NCBI RefSeq assembly: GCF_009914755.1
Contig: NC_060932.1
Direction: 5' to 3' (one strand)
From: the human T2T-CHM13v2.0 reference genome, Homo sapiens
Length of the DNA stretch: 64,000 bases
This document shows, in pieces, positions 1-14,860 of this stretch. The notes under the pieces are model-generated. The model worked only from the letters and a program-made list of their open reading frames with translations. It was not told where the DNA came from and searched no databases. Positions within the stretch are counted from its first letter, which is position 1, and each line of letters opens with the position of its first letter. A program made the translations under genes and the position numbers.

Positions 1-599
1 CTTTGAGTCAGAGTGTTCTCTAGGAAAATTAAAGGAGATTCTTTTAAATTGAAAAAGGTATTTATGCAAAGGATTTATTCCTCTCCTGATCTCTACATAC
101 ACATATCTCTCTTTTTTTAAATGTTGTTCTGGGACCCTTTTGGGAGTGCCATAAATCTACATAAAAATTCAGAAGGCACATCCGTGTTTGCCCATAGACT
201 TCTGGATTATTGTGTGGAAATGCAGTATCACAGGGCCTTTCCATCTGACTTTTGCACAGTGGCAGGCTGCTCATTTCTTTTTCTAATTCAAGTTATATTT
301 CTTTCACTGAAATTGACCTGTCAAGAACAGTGCTACATGGTATAACCTGAAGCAATATGTCCTAATATTTTAAATAAGGAGCTCAGTTCAATTATGTAGG
401 AACAAAATGTATCTCTGACATAGACATTCTTGGGGTTGGGAGTAAGATGATCGACTGCAATCTTATGTCTGTTGAAATAAAACTTACATTATAGGCTTAA
501 AACTTAAGAAATCTTTCCTCTTCATGTTGGACATTGTGCTACTTCAGCTGAGGACCTAGATTTTAAAATCATTCCAAACTAGAGACACACACCCAAAAT

Positions 600-2095
<1,496 letters not shown>

Positions 2096-2570
2096 TTTTT
2101 GTTATTTTTGTTGTTGTTTTACTCTTTCCTGAGTCTCACACACACACACACGCATGTTCATTCTTAACTAAAACTAAATCATGATTTCTTTACTCAAGAG
2201 AACAGTATACTCTGTTCCTCTGATATTTGTGTACTTCACTAATTAGTAAGCTAGGTTTTAAAAGGTCTTATAACCACTTCAGTAATTTAGTGCTATTATA
2301 ACTGAGTGGAACTTAGATTGAATGACCTAAAAAAGTGAACACTCTCCTCATAAGAGATGACAATTTCACTATGCTACACAGACACATTGAGAACTGTGTT
2401 GAGACCTATGAGAAATGGTTGAGTATGGTGGGGGTGTGTTATAGCTCTCCGTCATACATGCTGTCCCCTCTACCTGTAAGATCTTTAACTCAATTTTTTC
2501 TTTACCTGTAAACCCCTATTTATCCTTCAAGTCTCACAATCAAAGAAACTTTCTCAGAAAAGTCTTCTTC

Positions 2571-2845
2571 GGCTGGGTGCGGTGGCTCAACCCTGTAATC
2601 CCAGCACTTTGGGAGACGGATCACCTGAGGTCAGGAGTTTGAGACCAGCCTGGCCAAAATGGTGAAACCCCATCTCTACTAAAAATACAAAAATTAGTCA
2701 GGCATTGTGGCACATACCTATAATCTCAGCTACTCAGGAGGCTGAGGCAGGAGAATTGCCCGAACTGGAAGGCAGAGGTTGCAGTGAGCCGAGATCATGC
2801 CCCTGCACTCCAGCCTGTGCAACAGAGCAAGATCCCGTCTCAAAA
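2571..2845 (+). mobile_element. AluS with 15-bp target-site duplication
   Basis: ggctgggtgcggtggctc...; TSD agaaaagtcttcttc at 2556-2570 and 2846-2860. Confidence 0.95.
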
Positions 2846-3125
2846 AGAAAAGTCTTCTTCCTTCTGTGACTTCCCCAAATTCCTATCTCAATTAAGTCCT
2901 CACTGTCATTACACTTTGCAGTTTTCTTTCATGGTACTTAACAATAATTATGAGTTAATTTTTGTGATTATTTGTTAACATCTGTCTACTCATTACATTG
3001 TCAACTTTATGAGGAAAAGCAGTCATTCCCGTTTGCTCATTATTTTGCTTTCAAGCTTAAGAAAGTGCCTGGGAAATAGTAGTGGTCAACTAATATCTGT
3101 TGAACAGATAGAAAAGAAATGAATG

Positions 3126-3479
<354 letters not shown>

Positions 3480-3977
3480 TTAATTTGGTTACATTGTAGG
3501 CTGTAAATCATGGATCAAGACTTGTGGCTCCTTTGCAAATGTCTTTTCATAGTTTGTTGTCAAGTATGGGAAAGGAGATTGGGGTTTGAAATGTTATTCC
3601 ATTAGAAAGTTGAGGTGCAGAAGGAGTTGCCAAGCAGAGGAATCCAAGTTATAAAGCAGTGGTCAAGGAGAAGCATTACAGCATTTTCCCTTAATTAGAA
3701 TACATACTGATTTGCCTCTCCTTGTAATTACTTGTATTTATTAGAGAGTTTCTGTTTTATACCACAAATTTACCTCTTACTGAGACTGTCTTTCTTGGGT
3801 AATAGTCCTCTGTCTTGTTAGACGTGAGCCACTCACCTTATTGTGGATGTATAAATGAAGCAAATTATATGGAACCATTTTGAATTGGATTTTAGGAGGA
3901 AAACATGTTTAATCTGTATTATTATTTCCTATCATAAAGTTTCATATCAACAAGACAGACAAACCCTTATTGAAAGA

Positions 3978-4265
3978 TTTTTTTTTTCTTTGAGACAGAG
4001 CCTCACTCTGTCGCCCAGGCTGGAGAGCAGTGGCATGATCTCGGTTCACTGCAACCTCCACCGCCTGGGTTCAAGTGATTCTCCTGCCTCAGCCTCCCGA
4101 GTAGCTGAGATTACAGTTGCCCACCACCACACCCAGCTAATTTTTGTATTTTTGGTAGAGACAGGGTTTCACCATGTTGGCCAGGCTGATCTCTAACTCC
4201 TGACCTCAAGTGGTCTGCCCATCTTGGCCTCCCAAAGTTACAGGTGTGAGCCACCTCGCCAGGCC
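3978..4265 (-). mobile_element. AluS (antisense)
   Basis: Poly-T, gagacagagcctcactctgtcgcccaggctgg...gtgagccacctcgccaggcc. Confidence 0.95.
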
Positions 4266-5788
4266 CGAGAGACATCTTTAACAGAGTATCTTAAGTGGGA
4301 ATCAGCTGATGATGACTTGCGTAGATTGGTTCCTGAGTTGGCTACTTTGCCCACAGCCTTAACTGTTTACCAAATATACTAAGCTACAAATAGAACTACG
4401 TTCAAGCAACAGTCCACTTATACCCAATCTAGGTGATGTTTGACCTGGATCTGTATAACATGAATGTTTTCCGTGGGCTCTTTTTTTCCAATACGCTATT
4501 TAAAATCTTGCAATTTGTAATGCTTTGACAGACCCCTCACTCTTCTCTACTGCCTTTGGTCTTTAATAACTTTAGATGACTTTATTACAAATCTTATGTC
4601 TTCATACATAATAAAAAATAAAGTGTCTGCAATTTGAAAAGTCAACTAGACAGTTAAGCAAAAAATCTATGAAAAATGCCAAATTTTCTATTTTTATGTC
4701 AGCATATCAAGCAGTATAAGCAACTTATAACCATTTATATCCACTAACATATGACTTAGTTGAACAAAGTGGTAATCAAAAGCAGTCTTTATTGCCATAA
4801 ATGTTGTAATGAATACATGAAGCTTGGCTAGTAATGAAAAAAAGGAACAAGTAAGAATTAGACTTTAATTGTGGTTAAGGTACTTTTTTATTTTTCCATT
4901 CATACCTAATATTATTCTAGTCACACTATGGTGTAAGGAGTAAATGAATAGTGAATGAATAAATAATAAATAAGGAAAAGTGTAAATATGCAAACTTTTT
5001 ACAAATATTGCATAAAGTTATTGACATTGGTATCTGAAACTTAAAGTTTTTAGATCTTGCCATATATTTGTGTAGAATGTTTACACTCACAAAATCTCAA
5101 AGTGCTGTTCATCTCATAATGATATAAGAAGTTGCTAGGTGATGTTCATCTGGAATTTCAAGGAAATTATAATAGGAGACATGTTTCTTCTTTTCTCAAG
5201 TGTTTGAGGATATTCTTCTAACATTGCCATGAAGATTTTGTATGAATTTATCACAAAGCTGGAGCATTGCTTGGAACAGTGGGACAGAATGCGTGAGCAG
5301 GGAATTTCTTAAACTTGGAAACCATCCTTGCCACTACCACTGCCCTAGGGAGACTGGGAAAAATAGAAGCCCTCATGAGAAGCCCAAACTCTTGCCCATT
5401 TTCAAAGATCAAAAATAGGCATATATAGTAGTTATTATGGGCAGGGTAGAGAAACTTCCATTTTCAGTTTTCTTTGTCCCTATTTTCTGCCTACCAAACA
5501 TCCTTCAAAATGTTTGGTTTATGATTGATTATATTTCATTTTTGGAAATATACTTTCATGGGTGGCCAAATAGCAATGAATTGCAAATCTCATGAATATA
5601 TATTTCCTATCTTGTCTGGAGGCTGAGTTGTTCATGTGATTTTGGCTGAACTCATACCCATATGCTGATTCCTAAAACTTTTTGAAGACATTCAGTGAGA
5701 GTTTTAGATTCCTGGTGATAGCTAAATAAAGATTTACATAAATACGCCATATAAGAAAACAGAACTAATCATGTTAAAAGTTCCTTGT

Positions 5789-5868
5789 TGTAATCCCAGC
5801 ACTTTAGGAGGCTGAGGCAGGAGGGTCACTTGAGGCCAGGAAATCGAGACCAGCCTGGGCAACATGGT
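5789..5868 (+). mobile_element. Alu left-arm/FLAM fragment
   Basis: tgtaatcccagcactttaggaggctgaggcaggagggtcacttgaggccagg...cagcctgggcaacatgg. Confidence 0.85.
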
Positions 5869-6785
5869 CTTATTATCATGGTCAACAGTTCTTATTAGCA
5901 GTTTCATTGTCTAATTGTTGATCTCAGTAGAGTCTCTTCAGCTGTGTCACTTAGCAATTAAAGATTATGGATTGTGCAGTCATAAGGCCTGGATTCAAAT
6001 ATTGGGTTTGCTACTTGTGACATTGGACAAATTTATTTGTAACACTGTGCCTCAAACTTCATGGGCTTATTCCTGATCTCATTTCTTAATAAGCTATGTG
6101 ACCTTGAGCAAGAGACATCCTCAATATGCCTTGGTTTCCTCATCTATATAAAGAGTATAGTAATATCTCCCTCATAGGATTGTGTGTGTATTAAATGAGT
6201 GTATGTGCTGGTAAGTAAAGTTGTTGAGGAAAAAGGCCTGGCTTATAGTAAGTGGGATGTAAGTGTTAGCCACTATTCCACTACAGCGTGAGCTTCATGA
6301 AGGTAGAGGAGGATTCTATCCGTATTTGTTCACTGCTGTATCCCCAGTGACTAGAATAGTGCCTGGCATGTGGTAAGCACTCAAGAAATATTTATTGAAG
6401 GAATATGCATCAATTTTCTTGTCTGTGAAATGAGAATAATGGAATTAACTACCTTATGTAGTGTTTATGAAAATTAAATGAGACAATGCATGTGAAGAAC
6501 TAAAGTAACCTATTATCATCATCATTATTATAAAGGGCCATAATCAAAATTAGAATCCAGATATTTATTCTTCCCCTGTATTATCTAACTACTCTGCTTT
6601 TATAACTCATTATTTTGATCTTTAGAGTTTTTTCCCCTTCATTCCTGAGTTAAATCTTACCATTAGTTTTTAGCTTACTCAATAAGTTTATTTTGTTAAC
6701 TTCCATGGATATATTAGCATAAATCTCATTGCAAAGATAATGAAAATACTAATCATTTAATCTTTCTTCTCATACTGTGAATATC

Positions 6786-7094
6786 TTGTTTTTTTGTTTT
6801 TTTGTTTTTTTTTGAGACAGGGTCCTGCTTTGTTACCCAGGCTGGAGTGCAGTGGCATGAACATGGCTCACTGCAACTTTGACCTCTAGGGCCTAAGTGA
6901 TCCTCCCGCCTCAGCTCCCCAAGTAGCTGGGACTACAGGCACGCACCACCACACCTGGCTAATTTTGGTATTTTTTGTAGAGATAAGGTTTCACCTTGTT
7001 GCCCAGACTGGTCTTGAGCTCCTGAGCTCAGGCAATCCACCCACCTCAGCCTCCCAAAATGCTGGGACTACAGGCCTGAGCTGAAGTGTCCAGC
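6786..7094 (-). mobile_element. AluJ (antisense)
   Basis: T-rich tail, gagacagggtcctgctttgttacccaggctggagtgcag; J-type 'gatcctcccgcctcagc'. Confidence 0.9.
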
Positions 7095-7922
7095 TTGCAA
7101 ATGTTTTTTGACCTCATCAATTTTTATGAAAGTTTCGGGTCGACCAGCTACTGAAGTATTACATCTGCTCTTCACTCTTGAAACCTGCTGAGTAAAAACC
7201 AAAAATACTTTTGAAAACTGAAATCACAAAAGCTTAAAATTTATTTGTACAATATTGACATAAAACTGGGGATGGAAGAAAAGATTATATATTTTGGATT
7301 TCATATTCACGTCAAGGGTAATTTCTCAAGACTATTAAATACCTTTAGCAATTTTAAGTCAGTTTAAAAATATCAACTTCATGGATTTATCGCTCATGAC
7401 TTAAATGCAATGATATTATATTACAGCAAAAAATAAAAAATAAAGTAAAATAATTTAGGATCCTGAGGGTTGGTTTTTAATAAACCAAACCAAAATATAT
7501 CCACAAATATTCCTATTTAGCATAAAGACACTTGTATGTAAGGAATTAAGTCACAGTCACAGGTAATTGATACCAGTTGTGAAAACTAATATCGTATCTA
7601 TCTTCACAACTGATGAATCCTCCTATTACCAAGAACAAGTGTATATCAAAAGGAAAGAGGTTAGTTCAGTCTGCAGCATGATTTATAACTTTTCATGAGA
7701 AATTCCCGTCTCTCTCAGCAACTAGCCTTTTCTGAGTTGACTGGAAAACACTTAAATAGTGATGGAAGTAGGCATTCGTTTTTCTACTTCTTTTTAGCAT
7801 AGCCACTTCTGAGCCTTACTGCTTTTTTTTTCTTTTTCCATTACTTCCCAGAGAGACTTTCTTTCTCTTCCCTTCCCTTGGTATTAGCCAGCAGTTTGCA
7901 TTCTCCTCATCATCAGCTACAT

Positions 7923-8388
7923 TAGTGGTCCCCAACATTTTTGGCAACAGGAAACAGTTTTGTCGAAGACAGTTCTTCCACAGACCAGGAGCAAGGGATG
8001 GTTTCAGGATGATTCAAGGGCATTACATTTATTGTGCACTTTATTTCTATTATTATTACATTGTTGTATATAATGAAATAATTATACAACTCACCATAAT
8101 ATAGAATCAGTGGGAGCCCTGAGCTTGTTTTCCTGTAACTAGACAGTCCTATCTCGGGGTGATGGGAGACAGTGACAGATCATCAAGCATTAGATTCTAT
8201 AAGGAGTGCACAACCTAGATCCCTCACGTGTGCATTTAAAATAAGGTTCGCACTCCTGTGAGGCAGAGCTCAGGTGGTAATGCAAGCAGTGGGGAGCAGC
8301 TGTAAATACAGAACAGATGAAGCTTTGCTCACTCACCCACCACTGCTCACCTCCTACTGTGTGGCTCAGGGTAGGCTGGGGACCCCTG
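7923..8388. mobile_element. MER1 (hAT-Charlie) DNA transposon
   Basis: Termini tagtggtcccc...ggggacccctg; internal 'cattacatttattgtgcactttatttctattattattacattg' shared with the copy at 48587. Confidence 0.85.
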
Positions 8389-10112
8389 GCTTACATCATT
8401 TGTAGCATAGAAAAGGGCAGGCTGCCACAGGCGTAACCATGTTCCTGATGGAACTAATCCATGGTCTAGACATGATAGAGCTACTTCATGTAACAACCTT
8501 TCTGAGTATTTACTTAAGTGATCAAACCTCTATTTCAGGAATAAACTAATTTCACGTAATTTAAAACTCTGGTGATTTTTTAAAAACTATTACAAAAAGT
8601 GATACATAAATGACATGTAACTTTCTAGCCCTGTTAGAATTGATGGGACTTAAATACATATATGGCTATTTAATATTAATGTTTTTATTTTTAAAGATTA
8701 TGGATTTAACATTGGTATATAGTTTGAGTAATCACTATGGTTTTACAGATGCATTGTCGACATTTATTTTGGACAAAGTAACTTACTGCACAGTTAAAAT
8801 CATATTTATAATCTATGATTTATGAAAGTATATGTGGTATAAGATATCTGTAATATGATGTACAGGACACTGAACCTGAAATCAGGAACCCTGAGTTTGA
8901 GTCTTGCTCTGCCACTTCGTAGTTAAGCAAGTCATTTAATGTTGACTTATTGTCTTATCTATAAAGAGATAATGATGACATTCTGTCAGGATTGATGTAA
9001 GAATTAAGTGGCATAATTACTATGTTTTATAAACTCTAAAGTACAACATATCTATAAAAATGTGAGTACACACTTGTCAAATATGATACTATGATAGTTT
9101 ATCCAAGTTATATCTGTTTTATCTTTTCTTCAAAAAGGTGATTTTTATGTTTAATAGTGCAGTCTTTTTTTCAAGGCCGTGTTTTGCTTTTAGATGACAA
9201 TTTATTGTGTATATTTGTGACTCACTTTTTCTCTATAAATTAATGGGAAAGTTATAAATAATTTGAAATACTGGATGATAATGATTCTGGAATTACACTT
9301 AGTTTTATGTAATAAAATTATATAGTAGCCCATTACTTGAGAACTACATCCAAAACTACATATACTACTTGTATATTCTGATGTGAAGGAAGGACATTTT
9401 CAATCTTTTATCAGTAGTTTATTTTTATGTAAATTTTTAAATTCCTTAGGGGGTGACAGTACTTAGAATGGAATTAAGGAATAATAAATCAACTTATTAA
9501 TATACATAAACCAGAAATATTATTTAGATAATGTTATACATAGGAAAACAATTGAACATAAAAATTTTTTTTTAAGTAGAATTCTACATTTTCTCAATAA
9601 TTTCAGTATATTCCACAAGTTGTCATTCAAGACTAGAAGTCTCTGGCCATTATTGAAGGTCTGTCTCTCTGGTACCTCTGTGCCAACACTCTTTCCTTAA
9701 AGCTTTCTTCCCCTAAATAAGATTATTTTCTTCCTTCTCTTTCATTCTTTCCACTCTACCTTGTGCCATTCTTCCGTCACTCATCTATATCTGTAAGATC
9801 CTAGGAAAAAAATATCAAAAAGCTTCCCAGGACAACCTTGTTCTGAAACTGCAAGAGGGAAGTGGTGGTCATGTAGTAGACACATCTAGACTATTCCAGA
9901 CTAACTTCTTCTTGGTTCATGAAACCAGGTTATTAACACAGACAAGGCAGGGCCCAGGCAACTCAGGCATAACCACTGATTCCGTTCTCAGACTCCCCAT
10001 CCCCAGCAGTCACTTGCAGAAACCCAAGAAATCTTTTTCCAAAATGACTTTCAGCCAGCATTGTGATGTCCCTGAGTGCCAAAATAAAAGTTTTCCATGC
10101 ATCCCCAGCCAA

Positions 10113-10535
<423 letters not shown>

Positions 10536-11369
10536 TAACCAAGTAACTTAATCTTTAGGAGAGTCTGACTGGTTGGTAAACTTGCCCATTTCTCCGAGTA
10601 TAATTAGATTTGTATGGTAACAGCTGTTTCCTCTTAAATATAAATATATTTTCTATATTTGTTTTACCCTTTAATCTAAATTTTCTCTTACATAAAGTAT
10701 TTTATTAAATTAGATTCATGTTTTTCAAACTTTTTCAAAAGTGAGAAACACATTTTACATCACAGCTCAATACATACGTGCGCACACACATAAACATACA
10801 TATTCATAAAACAATAGTGCAATTGATGCACTAACCATGTGGGCTGAACTCTGATACTGTATTGTATTTTTTTAATTCTAATCAAAACTTAATAAGTTAT
10901 TTTCATGACTCATTTGTGACCCACAGTTTAAAAAAAATTAGGTGACTTTTAATAAAGTCCTTGCAGTTTCTAAAATTCTATGATTCTTATAATGAAAATC
11001 TCATTTAATAAAATTTTCTAGTCTCTGAATAAAAGTGATATGGTTTGAAAAAGTACTCATAGAGTTCTCTGGTTTTATCAATGTTGTTTTGAAATGCTGA
11101 TATTTGAGGAAGATAAATAACGAAAAGAAAATTGGACTAACAGAGTTGTAGGGACATTAATGAGAAAGGACAAGTCTATCAGGAAAACAAAAGCAATAAA
11201 TCTGGATGAGCCTAAGTCTAAACAGCTAAAGTTGTTACTTTTTCTTACCATGGAACTCTTATTTATACTGAAAGTTTCCTAATTTTAAGTGTATTTAAAA
11301 GGATTATTACTTGTATGCATTTTTCATACCTTCTAAATTGTGATGTGCAATGGACAAACAAAGTCCTTA

Positions 11370-11865
11370 TCATACCTAGAAGGCTCTGTATGACCTATGT
11401 CTTTCTCTGACTCTTGTCTCTCTGTCCTTCACTCCTTCCCACTCACTCCAATTGCCCTGGCCTGTCTGCTGTTCTGTGGTCACACCAGGACATCATACCT
11501 CAGGGCCTTTGCACTAGAGGTTCTCTCTGCCTCAAACTCACTCTCTTCCTGGAATATCTGACTAGCCACTTCCTCAGGTTCTTCACACCTCTGTTCAAAT
11601 GTCATACTGTCAGTGAGAACCCACCCTGACAACTCTTTTTGAATTGCAGTGTCCCATACCCCTTAACTTTTTATTTGCATTCATCTCCTTTTTAGCACTA
11701 TATAATTTACTGATTTGTCGTGTCTCTCCCCTGCAACTAAAATGTAAGCTTCATGAGAGCAGGGATTTTTTTTAGCTGCTTTGATCACTGTTGCATCATG
11801 TAAACATCTACCATGGTACCTGGCATATACTAGGAGCTCAATTAATATTAATTGAATGAGTATTT
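11370..11865 (-). mobile_element. L2 3' fragment
   Basis: cctcagggcctttgcactagaggttctctctgcc...tgtaagcttcatgagagcaggga...cctggcatatactaggagctcaattaatattaattgaatga, typical of the L2 3' end. Confidence 0.7.
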
Positions 11866-12679
11866 GAATCTTTCAGCATATCAAGCAAGTAACTTGTACA
11901 TATATACTATCTAGGAACTATTTATTGAATAAATGAACCATTTTAGATTGTATAATTTACATTTTACGTTGAAATCCCCTATTACACATGCCCAGTGATC
12001 ATGTTTGACAGGGTTAGGACTGAATAGTACCCTACCTTCCCACTTCCCTAGATTGGGAAACAGAGGTGGGATGACTTGTCTCAGATTACAAAAAGTAAGG
12101 CAGTCATCTGACTCCTGGGAAAACGGAATTAAAGTTGCTTTAGGTTCCGGAATAGAGATGTGCAGTTTGCAGAATGCATCATGTAATGTTGCTTATAAAC
12201 TACTTTGCCCTAGTATGTTTGTGTTGTTTCCAAATTTGTGTTAACAGGATGTTATACCTTTTGCTTAGATGTTAAGCCGTACAATGTTGTCATTCTTAGC
12301 CATACTGGGTAGATTATTTAATTTAGAGAAAGAAGGCAATAAAAATTCCTAAAATTAAAACAATTTGATAGACATCATTGTGCTTTTCAGTGCTGGTGTT
12401 TATCGGTTCTTGGTTTCTTTAGTTCACTTTTTATCATTTTTAACAAAGAGAGTAAAAGAGAAAGCTTTAATTGTAGGTTTTCGTGGAACTTGGTAAAAAT
12501 TGAGGAGCCTTTGTGTCATGACTTGAAGAAAATTTCAATATTTTTTGCCTGTGTTTGAGGAGCGTTAAAAAAAACTGTGAACCTGAGGAAAGGGAAAGTG
12601 ACTACCAGAAATTTACCGGTTTACTTATCTGAGATGCCTAACTCACTGCATCTAATTAGTCACCACTCCCTGGCCTTAA

Positions 12680-13680
12680 CCACGCGGAGGGAAGAGGAAA
12701 CAGCAGGAGCTACTCGGAGCAGCTGCCCGGGACCTGAGGCGCGCGCCCCGGAGCCACCAGCCCACCGAGGTGCAGCCGCGCCGCCACCTCCCCCTCCGGC
12801 CGCTGATTGGCGGGGACCGCAGCATCAGCGGCATCTCCCTGCGCGGGGAGGGCAGCGAGACTCCAGCAGCTCCAGCCTCCAGGATTCTCAGCTCCCTCCC
12901 GGGCGAGACCTCGGACGTTCACTGCGAGCAGCCGCTCCGCCCGCCACCCCTCCATCTCCTCCTCTGGACCCCTCTCCAATAAATTGGAGGTCCCGGCGGC
13001 CAGGAAAGCCACGTCTCCTCCGGGCTGGGTCAGGGAGGCAGAGGCCAGAGCCTCAGGGTCCCGTGGCACCAACCTGGCTTCTGGCCCACTGGTCCCGGAA
13101 CCGCTGCGGACGCTGCGCCCCAGCCGCCAAGACGCCGCGTATCTTGTACCGCGGGAAAAGCGGGTCCTCGTCCAAGATGGGCCGGCAGGGCTTGGGGGGT
13201 GCCAGCGCTGCGGGGCGCTCCATGCAGCGCTCCCAGAGCCGGAGTAGCCTGTCTGCCTCCTTCGAGGCACTGGCCGGCTACTTTCCCTGCATGAACTCCC
13301 TGGAGGAGGAAGAAGGAGGTGAGACACCCCTTCCCCCGTAGTTGGTGTCTCTATCTGTTTAGAAAGTCGGTGGCTGGAGGGTTGGCCGGGGCAGAGAGAA
13401 CTCCACGTAGCAGTGTCCCAGCCCCTCTGCTCTCCGGGACTGTGCCGGGGGCGACAGCCCTAGAGCACGTCAGCTGAGCAGAGAAGTTGTTTCTTGGTTA
13501 TTTGGAGAGCTCCACAGGCGCCGACTTGGGAAAAGGCTCTCCTAGTGGAGTTGTATTACAAGTGCTTGGAAGTTGAAAGAGAATGTAAACTGGTGGGAGG
13601 CAAGGCGGCGCCTCTTCGGTGCACCCCACTCTGTTTTGGTTTACCCTTCGCAGTCCGGGTATTAGCATTCGGCCTGGAGG
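12680..13680 (+). promoter_or_regulatory. RIMS2: CpG island / internal promoter of RIM2-gamma
   Basis: Abrupt GC- and CpG-rich block in an AT-rich intron. ATTGG at 12806-12810, CCAAT/ATTGG pair at 12974-12989, GC-rich motifs; contains the gamma first exon. Confidence 0.9.
13177..13318 (+). CDS. RIMS2: RIM2-gamma-specific first coding exon (MGRQGLGGASAAGRSMQRSQSRSSLSASFEALAGYFPCMNSLEEEEG)
   Basis: Strong Kozak aagATGg; donor G|GTGAGA at 13318/13319 (phase 1), in frame with exon 34435. N-terminus recognised as RIM2-gamma and similar to RIM4-gamma. Confidence 0.93.
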
Positions 13681-14639
13681 ACAGAAATACTTGAAAACTG
13701 GAGGGAAATGCAGCAGCAAAACTTTGAAACAGGAATGTCAGCCTATGAAAACCCAAGATCGGATGAGGTGAAGGGGTTACACAGTGGACAGACAGTTAGA
13801 GGGTTGCTAGTACCGAAGGTGAGTTTGTGCTCAAGGCACAATCTCTGGTGTTTCAGCAATGCCATTGTAATTAAGCTAATGAAAAACACGAGGAGGAGGA
13901 CTCGCTGTTTTAAACTTTTCACCAGTTGATTTGGAGTTCGTAAAGTTTTGAATAACATAACATGTATTTTCTTCATGAACTTTCCTATAAGATTTAACAA
14001 CTAACACTGAAAATACAATTTGTCAATCAAAATGATAATTGACTGGTAAATAGTAAGTAGTGTCCCAACATTTGAAATATTTATTAATTTACTGATACAC
14101 TAGTTGCAAACTGTGTTCATTTTTAGATGTATATCCGGAGTAGGTTCGTTATCATGATGTTAACTCTATTTTTGTAAATAACAGGGTTGGTTTTGCTTTT
14201 ATCCCGAGAAAATCAATGACCTCTTATTAGGACATCTGTAGTGAGCCCTGATTTAAAAGAAATTGCCCGTTCTAAAAACAGATTGAAATATTTTTTTTCT
14301 GCTTTTTTTCCTGATAGGGGAGGGGGAAAAGTAGAAGATGGAGGATTGGTAATATGTCTGGAAAGTTGTCTTCAAACTAATTTATTAGCTAGAGCTATCC
14401 AAGTTTCTTCTAGGTTATTGTTGCAATATCAGTTGGATATAAATCAATATAGATTTAACAGCAGGGGACTTCCCTATATAAACATGATTTAATTTCCATA
14501 CTAGTCCTTTTCTGTTTTTGTTTGTACGTTTACGTTTCACTTGCTTCCTATAATTAAATATTTAAAATTCTAGGAAATGTAAACAAGTCGAGAAGTAAAT
14601 TAAATTGAGTAAATGAATGATCATAATTGTAGCTAAAAC

Positions 14640-14860
14640 TTTTAGTACTTATTATTAGTCCGGCACTGTTCTACACTTGACGTGTATTCTTTTAGGCCCA
14701 CAACAACCTTATGAAGCAGTACTTTTGTTATCCTCATTTCACAAATGAGAAGACTGAGGCAGGGAGAGAGTTCCGAAATTTGCCCAGGGTCACCAAGATG
14801 GTAGGTAATAGAGCCAGCGTTTGAACCCAGGCATTCAGCAACACAACCTATTCATTCAGC
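14640..14860 (-). mobile_element. MIR SINE
   Basis: cacaacaaccttatgaagcagtac...cctcatttcacaaatgagaagactgaggc...tttgcccagggtcac...tttgaacccagg (MIR core). Confidence 0.75.

Noticed and set aside
12710-13327. 205-aa antisense ORF and other overlapping ORFs in the CpG island
   Set aside because: Low-complexity products expected from stop-poor GC-rich DNA; they overlap a known sense exon.
12500-14000. REST/RE1 element at the neuronal promoter
   Set aside because: No convincing TTCAGCACCnnGGACAG match was found by eye on either strand.
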